DNA of 64,000 bases from Candidatus Saccharimonadota bacterium (GCA_034521515.1 JAXHMH010000004.1:64485-128484), one strand, 5' to 3'. Counted from the first letter of the stretch, positions 21,415-31,314 are shown. Translations and numbers: made by a program. Notes: generated from the sequence alone by a model not told the origin.

Positions 21415-21443
21415 TTTACAAACCTCTTAAACTTCGGTACTAT
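21415..21443 (+). promoter_or_regulatory. putative tuf promoter
   Basis: TTTACA (21415-20), 17 nt, TACTAT (21438-43); followed by a roughly 130-nt leader with hairpins (TTTGTTGG/CCAACAAA; TTTTCATG/CATGAAAA). Confidence 0.45.
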
Positions 21444-21579
21444 ACATTGGTAACTCGCGTGAGGGCTTTTGTTGGTTTGTGCCAACAAATATGGATCGCG
21501 AATCGTTATCAACAATAATTCATTAAACCCTCATGACTCATTTTCATGAATCATGAAAATACGAAAGGATTTATTAACT

Positions 21580-22761
21580 ATGGCAGATTTTGACCGAAGC
21601 AAGCCACATGTAAACGTTGGAACTATGGGGCACGTTGACCATGGTAAAACCACATTGACAGCAGCTATTACAGCAACGCTTGCAAAAAAGCTTCCGAGCG
21701 ACGTAAATAAACCAATTGCATATGATCAGATCGACAATGCACCGGAAGAAAAGTCCCGCGGTATTACTATCGCAACTTCTCACCAGGAATATGAGTCAGA
21801 AAACCGGCACTATGCACACGTCGACATGCCCGGTCACGCCGACTACGTAAAGAACATGATTACCGGTGCAGCTCAGGTTGATGGTGCAATTTTAGTCGTA
21901 TCTGCCGCTGATGGCCCTATGCCACAAACGCGTGAGCATGTTTTGCTTGCTAAGCAAGTAGGAGTTCCTAGCATTTTGGTCTTCATGAACAAAATGGATC
22001 TTGCAGATCCGGAACTAGTAGAACTTGTCGAAATGGATATTCGCGAATTGCTTGGTAAATACGAGTTTGATGAAAATGCTCCTATCGTTAAAGGTTCTGC
22101 AATCAAAGCTCTTGAAGGTGATGCAGAGAACGAAGACGCTATTATGGAGCTTATTAAGGCGATGGATGATTATATTCCAGAGCCAAAGCGTGATCTTGAT
22201 AAGCCTTTCTTGATGCCGGTTGAAGACGTGTTCTCTATTAAAGGTCGTGGAACGGTTGCTACTGGACGCGTCGAACAAGGAGTCGTTAAGGTTAACGAAG
22301 AAGTCGAAATTGTTGGTGTTCGTGACACTCGTAAATCAGTTGTTACTGGTGTAGAGATGTTCAAGAAAAATCTTGATCAAGGTCAAGCCGGTGATAACGT
22401 CGGAATTTTGCTACGCGGTATTGAACGCGATGACATCGAACGCGGACAAGTTATTTGTAAACCTGGTTCAATCACACCACACACTGAGTTTGATGCAGAA
22501 GTTTACATTCTTAAAAAAGAGGAGGGTGGTCGACATACCCCATTCTTTAAAGGGTACAAGCCGCAATTTTACATCCGTACAACCGATGTAACTGGCGAAG
22601 TTGAACTACCAGCAGACAAAGAAATGGTAATGCCAGGCGACACAGTAACCTTTAAGGTTAAGTTGCTTGCCCCGATTGCTATGGAGCAAGGTCTTCGCTT
22701 TGCTATCCGTGAGGGTGGCCGAACTGTTGGTGCTGGTGTAGTAACCAAAATCAACAAGTAG
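21580..22761 (+). CDS. tuf: elongation factor Tu
   Basis: [41 protein letters not shown]; start trimmed to ATG 21580 (AAAGGA SD). Confidence 0.97.
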   Translation: MADFDRSKPHVNVGTMGHVDHGKTTLTAAITATLAKKLPSDVNKPIAYDQIDNAPEEKSRGITIATSHQEYESENRHYAHVDMPGHADYVKNMITGAAQVDGAILVVSAADGPMPQTREHVLLAKQVGVPSILVFMNKMDLADPELVELVEMDIRELLGKYEFDENAPIVKGSAIKALEGDAENEDAIMELIKAMDDYIPEPKRDLDKPFLMPVEDVFSIKGRGTVATGRVEQGVVKVNEEVEIVGVRDTRKSVVTGVEMFKKNLDQGQAGDNVGILLRGIERDDIERGQVICKPGSITPHTEFDAEVYILKKEEGGRHTPFFKGYKPQFYIRTTDVTGEVELPADKEMVMPGDTVTFKVKLLAPIAMEQGLRFAIREGGRTVGAGVVTKINK

Positions 22762-22784
22762 CAGCTAACAGAGCACAAAAAGTA

Positions 22785-22820
22785 AGGGAGTGAATAAATC
22801 ACTCCCTCTTTTTTTGTTTT
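22785..22820 (+). terminator. intrinsic terminator of tuf
   Basis: AGGGAGTGA-ATAAA-TCACTCCCT hairpin followed by a T-run (CTTTTTTTGTTTTT). Confidence 0.85.
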
Positions 22821-22845
22821 TGAGGCATTTCGCGATTTTCTTTCC

Positions 22846-23145
22846 GTTACGCACTCAACGTATTAGTATACGTCTCGCTTACGTTACTCAAGAGAAATCA
22901 CAAACTGCACTCAACTCTGTCAGCTGCGTCGTCCTCGGAAGAAATCAAAAACTAGCACCGTGTGTGAATCCCTCAGAAGCGTTCCAGGCGTTACATTGTG
23001 CACGGGGATTTTGTTACGCACTCAACGTATTAGTATACGTCTCGCTTACGTTACTCAAGAGAAATCACAAACTGCACTCAACTCTGTCAGCTGCGTCGTC
23101 CTCGGAAGAAATCAAAAACTAGAACCGTGTGTGAGTTCCTCAGAC
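22846..23145. repeat. direct duplication, 2 x about 133 bp with a 167-bp period
   Basis: GTTACGCACTCAACGTATTAGTATACG...AAATCAAAAACTAG(C/A)ACCGTGTGTGA at 22846 and 23013; near-identical. Confidence 0.9.
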
Positions 23146-23410
23146 CCGGGACAATCCAACTTTCAGTATTGAGAACACAGCTTGCAGGTGACTACGGCAG
23201 CAAAGTGTATAATTGGTTGTAGACGAAACTCTTAATTTGTTGTAAAATCGATACATAAATTAATCGTGTCGAGAACTCGTCCGGTCACTCATCACTCCGG
23301 AAGAGGTTACGATACACCGGTAAGTCTCCAGTTACCAGTTGCTTGTCACTAGAGAACCTAGAGACTAGAAACAAAAGACCAGAGACTACAACTACTGAAA
23401 GGAGTTGTCC

Positions 23411-23758
23411 ATGGCTGAAGCCAAAAAATCATCAACCCCCGCTAAAAACGAGGTAAAGCAGCGCATACGTATACGACTAAAGGCGTATGATCATAAAGTA
23501 ATAGATCAATCCACAAAACAGATTGTCGATACAGCGATTCGTACCGGTGCTACAATTGCCGGACCTATCCCATTGCCAACTAAGCGATCAGTATTTACGG
23601 TCGTTAAAAGCCCTCACGTTTATAAAAAACACCGCGAACAATTTGAGATGCGTGTTCATAAACGACTTATCGACGTATTAGAGCCAACACCGAAGACGAT
23701 TGACTCACTCATGAATCTCTCATTGCCTGCCGGCTGTGACGCCGAAATCAAGATGTAA
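23411..23758 (+). CDS. rpsJ: 30S ribosomal protein S10
   Basis: [17 protein letters not shown]..., ends AEIKM; SD GAAAGGAG, ATG 23411 (ORF-track TTG 23405). Confidence 0.95.
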   Translation: MAEAKKSSTPAKNEVKQRIRIRLKAYDHKVIDQSTKQIVDTAIRTGATIAGPIPLPTKRSVFTVVKSPHVYKKHREQFEMRVHKRLIDVLEPTPKTIDSLMNLSLPAGCDAEIKM

Positions 23759-23766
23759 GGCTGCGA

Positions 23767-23886
23767 CCTGCCCGTCTTGTCAGACAGACAGGCGGGCCTG
23801 CCCGTCTTGTCAGACAGACAGGCGGGCCTGCCCGTCTTGTCAGACAGACAGGCGGGCCTGCCCGTCTTGTCAGACAGACAGGCGGG
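23767..23886 (+). repeat. four perfect tandem 30-nt palindromic units
   Basis: CCTGCCCGTCTTGTCAGACAGACAGGCGGG x4; 11-nt arms pair with one G-T wobble and one mismatch. Confidence 0.95.
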
Positions 23887-24013
23887 CGCCGAAATAAAAA
23901 TGTAGCAAGTTGGGTGCTTGCCCCGCAGTAATGTGTAGTATTTACTGACGGAATGAGGCTGAAATTAAGATGTAGCACTTGCTTCTGTAGCTTTGTGATA
24001 CCATATTAATATT

Positions 24014-24292
24014 GTGGCAAACAAACCAAAAAAACACAGTAAAACATCCAATAACCAAGATAGCGTATTTGTACTAAAAATACTTTTGTATTTGCTGCTA
24101 GGAATGCAGTGGGTGTGGTTCGTTGATGCGTTAGGTAATGTAGTATTCTTACTGCCCTTTGGGCCAGCACTAGGGTTGCTATTTGCTAGTCACGAACACT
24201 TTAGTCTTGATAGAAAACTTGATTACACAGTTTTGTTATTGTCTGGAGCGGTTAGTTTTTTGCTTGGTGTAGGGTTTTACTTTACCGTTTAA
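24014..24292 (+). CDS. small hypothetical membrane protein
   Basis: 92 aa, GTG start, three hydrophobic segments. Confidence 0.4.
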   Translation: MANKPKKHSKTSNNQDSVFVLKILLYLLLGMQWVWFVDALGNVVFLLPFGPALGLLFASHEHFSLDRKLDYTVLLLSGAVSFLLGVGFYFTV

Positions 24293-25481
24293 GCGTTTTG
24301 TTATTGAGACAAATAGCACAATACTCTTCGGTGTCATTACGTGCTCGCCATATTTTTATAGCCTTCTTGGGCTGCATGATATCTAAATAACCAAATAAGT
24401 CTGCTAAGTCCCGTATTACAGAAGCAGTAATTCCTCTTAAAGAATAACCTCTGTAGTGAAGTAGCGCCCATTTATTACCAACCGGAACGACCACGATTGG
24501 GCTACGGGGCTTGTATTTTTTAAGTTTTTTGCCTTTTAACTGGCGCTGTAATTGGCTTGCTACGTAACCCGCGTCGTGTACTGCGGTTTGCGCATAACCA
24601 CTGTTAGCAGTGTCTGCGTTATCCCCAATAACAAAGACATCGGGGTGAACTTTCAGGTAATTGTCTACTAGTATTTTACCGCGTTTAGAAATACCAAACC
24701 ACTGGTTGTTTTGTCTATAAAATGAAGGTAATTTCGCTCCGGCGCACCATACGGCGGTGTTGGTATCAAATAAATGTTTATCGGTTACTAGTTGTTTAGA
24801 GGTCTCTTTTTTTACATTGGTTTTTGGCCAAAATCGTATACCTAACCTTTTCAACCTAAGTCGAGCATGCTTTGACGTGCTAACAGGTAAGTTTGGTAGC
24901 GGTTTGTCTGAACGATCAACAAGGTCAATTTGTACCTTGGGATGCTTGATTTTATGTTTTTTAGCTATCTTTTGTACATACGATGCTAAACCTGCCGATA
25001 CTTCTACACCTGTTGCTCCAGCTCCAATAACAACGTAACTATGCTCGGAATTGTGTGCTGTTGTCATGAAATCGTGTAGGTGTTTCCGTAAATCTAAAAT
25101 TTCATCAGGGGAAGTCACGCTAAAGGCGTTTTGTTTGATACCTGGTGTGTCAAAATAGTCTGGTACGGAGCCTAGTGCAAGAACGACCTTATCGTAGTGT
25201 AGCGACTTACCGGATCCAGTAGTTAAGATATGTTTGTTCATATCAATGTGTTTGGCACGACCGTATATAACTTCTACATTTTTTAATGGTTTAGTTATAT
25301 CCTTAATCGGTATGGAGGAAGCGCGCATTGTAAAGCCTGTGGCAGTACGATACAGGGCGGGGCAATAGCGAAAGTCATGTCGCTCCGTTAAAAGCGTAAT
25401 TTGAACGTCACTGCGAGAACGGAGTTGCTTAGCAAGAGCTAAACCTCCAAACCCGCCGCCGACAATAATTAATCTAAGCAT
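24282..25481 (-). CDS. ndh: type II NADH dehydrogenase (NDH-2) / FAD-dependent pyridine nucleotide-disulfide oxidoreductase
   Basis: 399 aa; RLIIVGGGFGG FAD fold and second VVIGAGATGVE dinucleotide fold. Confidence 0.85.
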   Translation of the reverse strand: MLRLIIVGGGFGGLALAKQLRSRSDVQITLLTERHDFRYCPALYRTATGFTMRASSIPIKDITKPLKNVEVIYGRAKHIDMNKHILTTGSGKSLHYDKVVLALGSVPDYFDTPGIKQNAFSVTSPDEILDLRKHLHDFMTTAHNSEHSYVVIGAGATGVEVSAGLASYVQKIAKKHKIKHPKVQIDLVDRSDKPLPNLPVSTSKHARLRLKRLGIRFWPKTNVKKETSKQLVTDKHLFDTNTAVWCAGAKLPSFYRQNNQWFGISKRGKILVDNYLKVHPDVFVIGDNADTANSGYAQTAVHDAGYVASQLQRQLKGKKLKKYKPRSPIVVVPVGNKWALLHYRGYSLRGITASVIRDLADLFGYLDIMQPKKAIKIWRARNDTEEYCAICLNNKTLKR

Positions 25482-25560
25482 TAGTAATACTATAGCTTTA
25501 TCTGTAGCCTGTATACAAGTAGTTGCACAGAATCACGGTAACGGTTACTCTATTAGTGAA

Positions 25561-27213
25561 ATGACAAAATATATAAAAGAAATAGAAAAACAAATTACTG
25601 GTGAGGTTAGCACTGAAGCAGAAATTAAGAATGCTTACAGTCACGATGCCAGTCTGTTTGAGGTTGTACCCCAAGCTGTGGTGTTTCCAAAGGATAGCTC
25701 AGACGTTCAGAGTGTCGTTAACATCATACGTAAAGCCAAACAATCAGGAGAAAATGCCGCAATTACAGCTCGAAGTGCAGGTACTGATATGGGCGGTGCG
25801 GCAATAGGCGAATCGATAGTACTAGACATGACGAAGTACTTTAATGCTATTCACGAAGTCACGTCGACCTCAGCGCACGCGCAGCCAGGAGTTTATTATC
25901 GAGATTTTGAGGTATCAACACTTGAACATGGTGCTTTATTGCCACCGTATCCTGCCTCAAGAGGGCTGTGTACGATTGGCGGCATGGTTGCTAATAACTC
26001 CGGAGGAGAAAAATCACTTCAGTACGGCAAGACTGAAAACTTCGTACGTGAGCTAAAGGTAGTGCTGTCAGATGGTAATGAGTACACCATTAAACCTCTA
26101 AAAAAGCCTGAACTCGATAAAATAATGAAAAAGAATACATTCGAGGGTCGATTTTATAAGCAAGTATTTGATCTAGTAGAAAATAATTATGACGAAATAA
26201 AAGCTGCTAAGCCTAATGTAAGTAAAGACTCCACCGGATACCATATATGGAATGTTTGGGATAGGGATACGGGTATATTTGATTTGACTCAGTTGATAGT
26301 CGGTTCACAGGGTACTTTGGGTATAGTTACCGATATAACATTTCGACTCGTGCCCGCACCGAGACATTCCGGAACTCTTGTTGTATTTCTAAGAGACATT
26401 AGCGATCTTGGAAAATTAATAAATGATGTATTGCGACATAAACCTGCTACTTTCGAAGGTTTCGACAACTATACATTGATGCTTAGTATTAAACTGTTCT
26501 TTTACTTTAGAAAAACACTTGGTTGGTTTGGCATGATGAAACTAGGTCTGCAACTTATACCGAATGCTCTTATGATGTTCCGCGGCATACCGAAAATGGT
26601 CTTACTGATTGAGTTTAATGGCCAGACCAAAGACGAGGTTAAGCAAAAAGTTCACAATATGCGTACTGCACTAAAGCCTTACAACCATGAAGCATTGTTC
26701 GAAGAAGATGAGACCGAGGCCAAAGCCAAGAAATTTTGGATTATGCGCAGAGAGAGCTTTAACTTGCTAAGGAAAAAGGTTAAAGACAAGCATACTGCAC
26801 CATTCATTGACGATCTTGTAGTGCCACCTCATCACCTACCAGCATTTTTACCTAAGGTGAGAGAAATTATGAAGCGGTATAAGCTACTTGCAACCATTGC
26901 TGGTCATATGGGTGATGGTAATTTTCATATTATTCCGCTTATGGAAATTGAGAAACAAAGTGAACGAGACAAACTAGAGCCAGCAATGAGAGAAGTCAAT
27001 AAATTAGTTTTAGAATTTGGCGGTTCGTTATCAGGTGAACATAACGATGGTATGATACGCGGCCCGTGGTTAGAGCAAATGTATGGAGCCAAAACTCTGG
27101 GATACTTTAAACAGGTAAAGTCAATATTTGACCCAACCAATATATTCAATCCACATAAAAAGACTGATGCTGAGTGGGAATATAGTATCAACCATGTTCG
27201 CAAGAGCTTCTAG
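25561..27213 (+). CDS. FAD-binding oxidoreductase (GlcD / D-lactate dehydrogenase-like)
   Basis: 550 aa; PCMH-type FAD-binding N-terminal domain, C-terminal GSLSGEHNDGMIRG block typical of FAD-linked oxidases. Confidence 0.75.
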   Translation: MTKYIKEIEKQITGEVSTEAEIKNAYSHDASLFEVVPQAVVFPKDSSDVQSVVNIIRKAKQSGENAAITARSAGTDMGGAAIGESIVLDMTKYFNAIHEVTSTSAHAQPGVYYRDFEVSTLEHGALLPPYPASRGLCTIGGMVANNSGGEKSLQYGKTENFVRELKVVLSDGNEYTIKPLKKPELDKIMKKNTFEGRFYKQVFDLVENNYDEIKAAKPNVSKDSTGYHIWNVWDRDTGIFDLTQLIVGSQGTLGIVTDITFRLVPAPRHSGTLVVFLRDISDLGKLINDVLRHKPATFEGFDNYTLMLSIKLFFYFRKTLGWFGMMKLGLQLIPNALMMFRGIPKMVLLIEFNGQTKDEVKQKVHNMRTALKPYNHEALFEEDETEAKAKKFWIMRRESFNLLRKKVKDKHTAPFIDDLVVPPHHLPAFLPKVREIMKRYKLLATIAGHMGDGNFHIIPLMEIEKQSERDKLEPAMREVNKLVLEFGGSLSGEHNDGMIRGPWLEQMYGAKTLGYFKQVKSIFDPTNIFNPHKKTDAEWEYSINHVRKSF

Positions 27214-27235
27214 ATATCAATACTTATACATAAAT

Positions 27236-27268
27236 AAAAATCCTCGGTGTATATAACCGAGGATTTTT
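27236..27268. terminator. bidirectional intrinsic terminator between convergent genes
   Basis: AAAAATCCTCGG-TGTATATAA-CCGAGGATTTTT. Confidence 0.75.
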
Positions 27269-27292
27269 CAGTATTAGCTGGAAGTTTAGTTG

Positions 27293-27832
27293 CTAGCTGA
27301 GTATAGGGAACTTTTTCACTAAAGCAGTTTTCTTCCATTGTTTACCAAAGCCAAGTCGTTGATTGTTGTCACCGAAGTAGATGGCTGCTAGTAGGACGCT
27401 GTAGACTACATGGTCATCTAATACTGGGTGATGTTCTGGTGGTAGCACTGCAGTCCACATCATCATGAGCATAACTGCACCACTGATAGTTCCTAGTTTT
27501 GTTGCGATTCCAAATGTTAGCGCAACACCTATACCAAGAAGACCCGTCATAAATAACAAATCAATAAAACCGTTTCCAGCCAAACCTGCATAAAAGTCTG
27601 CGAATGGTCCTTGAGTGCCAAACTTTAAAAATCCAGTGGTTGACGAGCCGCCCTGTAGTGCTGCACTGTCACACATTACGTTAATGCCATTGGTCGCCGC
27701 ATCTCGGCAAGTGGAAAAACCAAGCCCAATTAATTTGTCAAGAAACGCCCATAAAAACACCAGGCCAACGCTAATTCTAGCGATTCCAAGCGATACGAAC
27801 AGTTTATTTAGTGATTCTTTCTGTCTTGCCAT
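27293..27832 (-). CDS. DoxX-family membrane protein
   Basis: 179 aa, four hydrophobic helices, DoxX-like LIGLGFS / GLAGNGFIDLLFMTGLLGIG pattern. Confidence 0.65.
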   Translation of the reverse strand: MARQKESLNKLFVSLGIARISVGLVFLWAFLDKLIGLGFSTCRDAATNGINVMCDSAALQGGSSTTGFLKFGTQGPFADFYAGLAGNGFIDLLFMTGLLGIGVALTFGIATKLGTISGAVMLMMMWTAVLPPEHHPVLDDHVVYSVLLAAIYFGDNNQRLGFGKQWKKTALVKKFPILS

Positions 27833-27990
27833 AGTTTATGACTCCGTTGTTACTTTATATATCGTATAATAAGCATTAGCGTGACACTTTGCAAGTGTCG
27901 GTGGATTTAGCGCAGCTTTGAAATCAATATTTGAAATCTTTACCGTAATAGTGTTTATTGTAAAAAAATATATGTAGAATGAACAACATA

Positions 27991-28020
27991 TTGACAGGAG
28001 TAGGCGTTAAGTGCTAATCT
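27991..28020 (+). promoter_or_regulatory. putative promoter of the rplC-led operon
   Basis: TTGACA (27991-96), 17-18 nt, (C)TAATCT; about 135-nt leader before rplC. Confidence 0.35.
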
Positions 28021-28159
28021 GTTTTGGTATATAAAAATTCCAGACGGGATGGTTGATGTTGCAGGTCTACCAAATCAGAGGTAGAAACCACCACAGACCA
28101 GTATGTTACGAGTGCGCTAATAAACGCATCAAAGATAAATCTAAATATTAAGGGACGCT

Positions 28160-28771
28160 ATGAAAGCTTTAATCACCAGAAAAGTTGGCATGACTAGCAC
28201 TATCAATGATGATGGTACGGTTCAAGCCGTAACTTTGCTTTCCGCTAGCCCAAATACCATTACACAGGTGAAGTCCGACGAGACAGATGGTTACACATCT
28301 GTCCAGATTGGTATGGGTACAAAAAAACACGGCAAAGCGCAGGCAGGACATTTTAAAAAATCTAACGTTATGCCGGAAGTATCACGAGAAGTCCGTGTAG
28401 AAGAAATATCAGAAGACCTCACCGTTGGTAACCATCTAACAGCTGAGGTTTTTTCAGTTGGCGACACCGTCCATATCACCGGAACCAGTAAAGGTAAGGG
28501 TTTTGCCGGCACTATTAAACGTCACAATTTTCATCAACAACGCAAAACACACGGCGGAAACGGCAATGTACGTAAACCGGGTTCAATCGGTTCAATGTAT
28601 CCTCAGCGTATTTTTAAAGGCAAAAAAATGGCTGGACAGATGGGTGGCGAACAAGTGACAGTTCGTAATCTACGCGTTGCACTGATTGATGCGGAACATA
28701 ATGTCATAGGCATTGCCGGAGCAGTTCCAGGACCCCGCAAAGGTATAGTGATAATCAGGGAGGCCAAATAA
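28160..28771 (+). CDS. rplC: 50S ribosomal protein L3
   Basis: 203 aa; KGKGFAGTIKRHNF. Confidence 0.95.
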   Translation: MKALITRKVGMTSTINDDGTVQAVTLLSASPNTITQVKSDETDGYTSVQIGMGTKKHGKAQAGHFKKSNVMPEVSREVRVEEISEDLTVGNHLTAEVFSVGDTVHITGTSKGKGFAGTIKRHNFHQQRKTHGGNGNVRKPGSIGSMYPQRIFKGKKMAGQMGGEQVTVRNLRVALIDAEHNVIGIAGAVPGPRKGIVIIREAK

Positions 28772-29412
28772 TGTCTGTAGCAACTTACACCAAGACAGGC
28801 AACAAGGCCACTGCACCGATAAAACTCGATAAAAAAGTGTTTGAAGTTGAAGTCAAGTCACATGATTTATTAAAACAGGTTTACGAAACCTACCTGTCGA
28901 ATGGTCGACAAAATTTAGCGGTTACCAAAAAACGTGGCGAAGTAAGCGGAGGCGGACGCAAGCCATGGAGGCAAAAAGGTACCGGCCGTGCACGTTTTGG
29001 TTCTAGCCGAAATCCAATTTGGCGAGGAGGCGGTATTGCGTTTGGGCCGAATGGTTCTGAGACTTATATCAAGAAATTAACCCAAAATACCAAACGCACG
29101 GCTCTTCGCCAGGCATTAAGCCTAGCTGCAAAAGAAAATCAGCTAATTGTCATTGACGATTTTGCAGTTAAAAATTCCAAAACATCCGAAGCAGCAGCTT
29201 TACTCAAGAAAATCGGTGCTCCTAAAAATGTTCTTTTAGTTGTTCCAACCAAGGAAACAACGGTTGAGCGAGCACTGTCTAATCTTAAGAGCGTAAAATT
29301 GGTTTCAGCTATGTATTTAAATGTATTTGATGTAATAAATGCCGATCATGTAGTTATTACAGCCCCAGCACTTGAGCAAATTTCAACATGGCTAAGAGGA
29401 GACAATAAATGA
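28771..29412 (+). CDS. rplD: 50S ribosomal protein L4
   Basis: 213 aa; GGGRKPWRQKGTGRAR. Confidence 0.95.
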   Translation: MSVATYTKTGNKATAPIKLDKKVFEVEVKSHDLLKQVYETYLSNGRQNLAVTKKRGEVSGGGRKPWRQKGTGRARFGSSRNPIWRGGGIAFGPNGSETYIKKLTQNTKRTALRQALSLAAKENQLIVIDDFAVKNSKTSEAAALLKKIGAPKNVLLVVPTKETTVERALSNLKSVKLVSAMYLNVFDVINADHVVITAPALEQISTWLRGDNK

Positions 29413-29753
29413 AGATAATGACTCTAAAGCCACGAATGAGTGAAAAAACTTACGCCTTATCACAAGAAAAAAACGTCTATGTATTTGATGTACCTAAAGA
29501 TGCGAACAAGACTACGGTTGCTCATGCTGTAAAGCAGCAGTTTGGTGTCAAGGTAACAGATGTTAACATCACCAACATCAAGGGTAAATCAAAACGAACT
29601 GTTCGGCGCGGTGGACGCCCTATAGCTGGGCGTCAGTCAGATGTAAAAAAGGCTTACGTTGTACTTGATAGCAAGGACTCAATCCCAGTATTTGCGGCTG
29701 TCGAAGAAGCTGAAAAGAAGGCTGAAAAAGCCGCGAAAAAGGAGGCTAAATAA
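29409..29753 (+). CDS. rplW: 50S ribosomal protein L23
   Basis: 114 aa; ATGA overlap with rplD; uL23 family. Confidence 0.93.
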   Translation: MKIMTLKPRMSEKTYALSQEKNVYVFDVPKDANKTTVAHAVKQQFGVKVTDVNITNIKGKSKRTVRRGGRPIAGRQSDVKKAYVVLDSKDSIPVFAAVEEAEKKAEKAAKKEAK

Positions 29754-30589
29754 TGGCGATTAAACAGATGAAACCAACTACGCCAGGCCAGCGCGGCATG
29801 ACAACCCAGGACTTCTCTAAGGTGACTTCAAAAAGACCTGTTAAATCATTGCTAGTCACCAAAAAGCAAAAAAGTGGTCGCAACAATCAGGGTCGAATCA
29901 CTACACGACATAAAGGCGGCGGTGCGCGTAAGTTTTACCGAGTTGTTAATTTTAGCCTTGCGCCTGGAACCGAGGCTGTCGTTGAGCAAATTGAATATGA
30001 CCCAAATAGAAGCGCTCGAATCGCACGCATTAAGGATCAACACGGTAAACTACACTACATCATTGCTGCACAAGGTATGAGTGTCGGAACAAAAATAGCG
30101 GCTGGTGATGAAGTAGCCGTAGAAGTTGGGAACCGACTGATGTTAAAGAATATTCCAGTTGGTAGCGTGGTGCATAACGTTGAGCTGCAACCCGGTAGAG
30201 GTGCGCAACTTGTTCGATCAGCAGGTAATGGAGCCCAATTAACTGCCAAAGAAGGTAAGTACGCGCATGTTAAGTTACCAAGTGGCGAAGTGCGTATAGT
30301 ATCTTTGGATTGCATGGCTCATGTGGGAGCTATCGGCAACGAAAAGCATCAGAATATTAAGATCGGAAAAGCTGGCCGAAATCGCCGTAAAGGTATTCGT
30401 CCGTCTGTGCGAGGTATCGTTATGAATGCCGCAGATCACCCACACGGTGGTGGTGACGGAGGTTCGCATGGAGTGGGACGCGATCCACGTACGCCATGGG
30501 GTCAGCCAACTTTGGGTTACAAGACCCGATCACGTAAGCGAAATAATAAACTTATCGTCCGCAGTCGACATGCGGCCAAGAGGAAATAA
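29753..30589 (+). CDS. rplB: 50S ribosomal protein L2
   Basis: 278 aa; MNAADHPHGGGDG. Confidence 0.96.
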   Translation: MAIKQMKPTTPGQRGMTTQDFSKVTSKRPVKSLLVTKKQKSGRNNQGRITTRHKGGGARKFYRVVNFSLAPGTEAVVEQIEYDPNRSARIARIKDQHGKLHYIIAAQGMSVGTKIAAGDEVAVEVGNRLMLKNIPVGSVVHNVELQPGRGAQLVRSAGNGAQLTAKEGKYAHVKLPSGEVRIVSLDCMAHVGAIGNEKHQNIKIGKAGRNRRKGIRPSVRGIVMNAADHPHGGGDGGSHGVGRDPRTPWGQPTLGYKTRSRKRNNKLIVRSRHAAKRK

Positions 30590-30601
30590 GGAGTAAGCAA
30601 T

Positions 30602-30877
30602 ATGAGTCGTTCACTGAAAAAAGGACCATTCGTAGATCCGAAGCTTGCCAAAAAAGTGGCCGCATTGGGTTCTGATGATCGTACCATCATTAAAACATGG
30701 GCACGTAGCAGCACGATTTCGCCAGAATTTGTAGGCCGTACTATAGCAGTCCACAACGGTAAAGTGCATGTGCCGGTATTTGTTACCGAAAACATGGTAG
30801 GTCATAAGCTAGGTGAGTTCGCGCCGACACGTAAATTCCGTAGTCATGGCGGTAAGCTCGCGAAAGGCGGCAAGTAA
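30602..30877 (+). CDS. rpsS: 30S ribosomal protein S19
   Basis: [25 protein letters not shown]. Confidence 0.96.
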   Translation: MSRSLKKGPFVDPKLAKKVAALGSDDRTIIKTWARSSTISPEFVGRTIAVHNGKVHVPVFVTENMVGHKLGEFAPTRKFRSHGGKLAKGGK

Positions 30878-31314
30878 TGAGTGTTAAAGCATCAGCAAAA
30901 GGCGTACGTTTGAGTCCGCGCAAAGTCGGCGTGGTAGCTGCGCTTGTTCGTGGACGGACAGTAGCGGATGCTATAACAATATTGGATCATACACCGCGTC
31001 GTCCGGCCAAAGCTGTTAAAACTGTCATCCAATCAGCTCAAGCTAATGCTGATAATAACCATGGCTATAAGCCCGACTCTCTTCGTATATCTACGATAAC
31101 TGTAACTCCCGGACCACGCTATAAACGATTTCGACCAGCGGCTCACGGTAGGGCGTTGCCGTACATGCACCGAACGTCACATATTTTTATAGAAGTTGAT
31201 GGCGATAAACGAGAACGTAAAAAGCCAGTTCGACAAGCCCAGGGTAAGTCGGCTGCAAAGCGTACCTCAACCAAGAACTCTGCGACTGACGCTCAGAGTA
31301 AAGGAGACAAATAA
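30877..31314 (+). CDS. rplV: 50S ribosomal protein L22
   Basis: 145 aa; RLSPRKVGVVAALVRG; basic C-terminal extension. Confidence 0.94.
   Translation: MSVKASAKGVRLSPRKVGVVAALVRGRTVADAITILDHTPRRPAKAVKTVIQSAQANADNNHGYKPDSLRISTITVTPGPRYKRFRPAAHGRALPYMHRTSHIFIEVDGDKRERKKPVRQAQGKSAAKRTSTKNSATDAQSKGDK

Noticed and set aside
10000-22800. Many 60-130-aa antisense or out-of-frame ORFs inside rpoB, rpoC, fusA and tuf in the ORF track
   Set aside because: They are fully nested in long, strongly conserved genes, which is typical of spurious shadow ORFs.
22790-23172. ORFs 22790..23122 (110 aa) and 22960..23172 (70 aa)
   Set aside because: Both simply read through the two copies of the 133-bp direct repeat, giving identical peptide blocks. 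They start inside the tuf terminator region and have no SD. They are repeat-derived artefacts.
23767-23886. Four identical 30-nt palindromic repeats, considered as a possible CRISPR array
   Set aside because: The units are contiguous with no spacers, there is no leader or cas gene, and they sit in frame with the rpsJ terminus. This is a tandem hairpin array, not CRISPR.
23748-23978. Minus-strand ORF (76 aa, [10 protein letters not shown] repeats)
   Set aside because: This is a translation of the palindromic 30-nt array, which is open in several frames because of its GC-rich symmetry.
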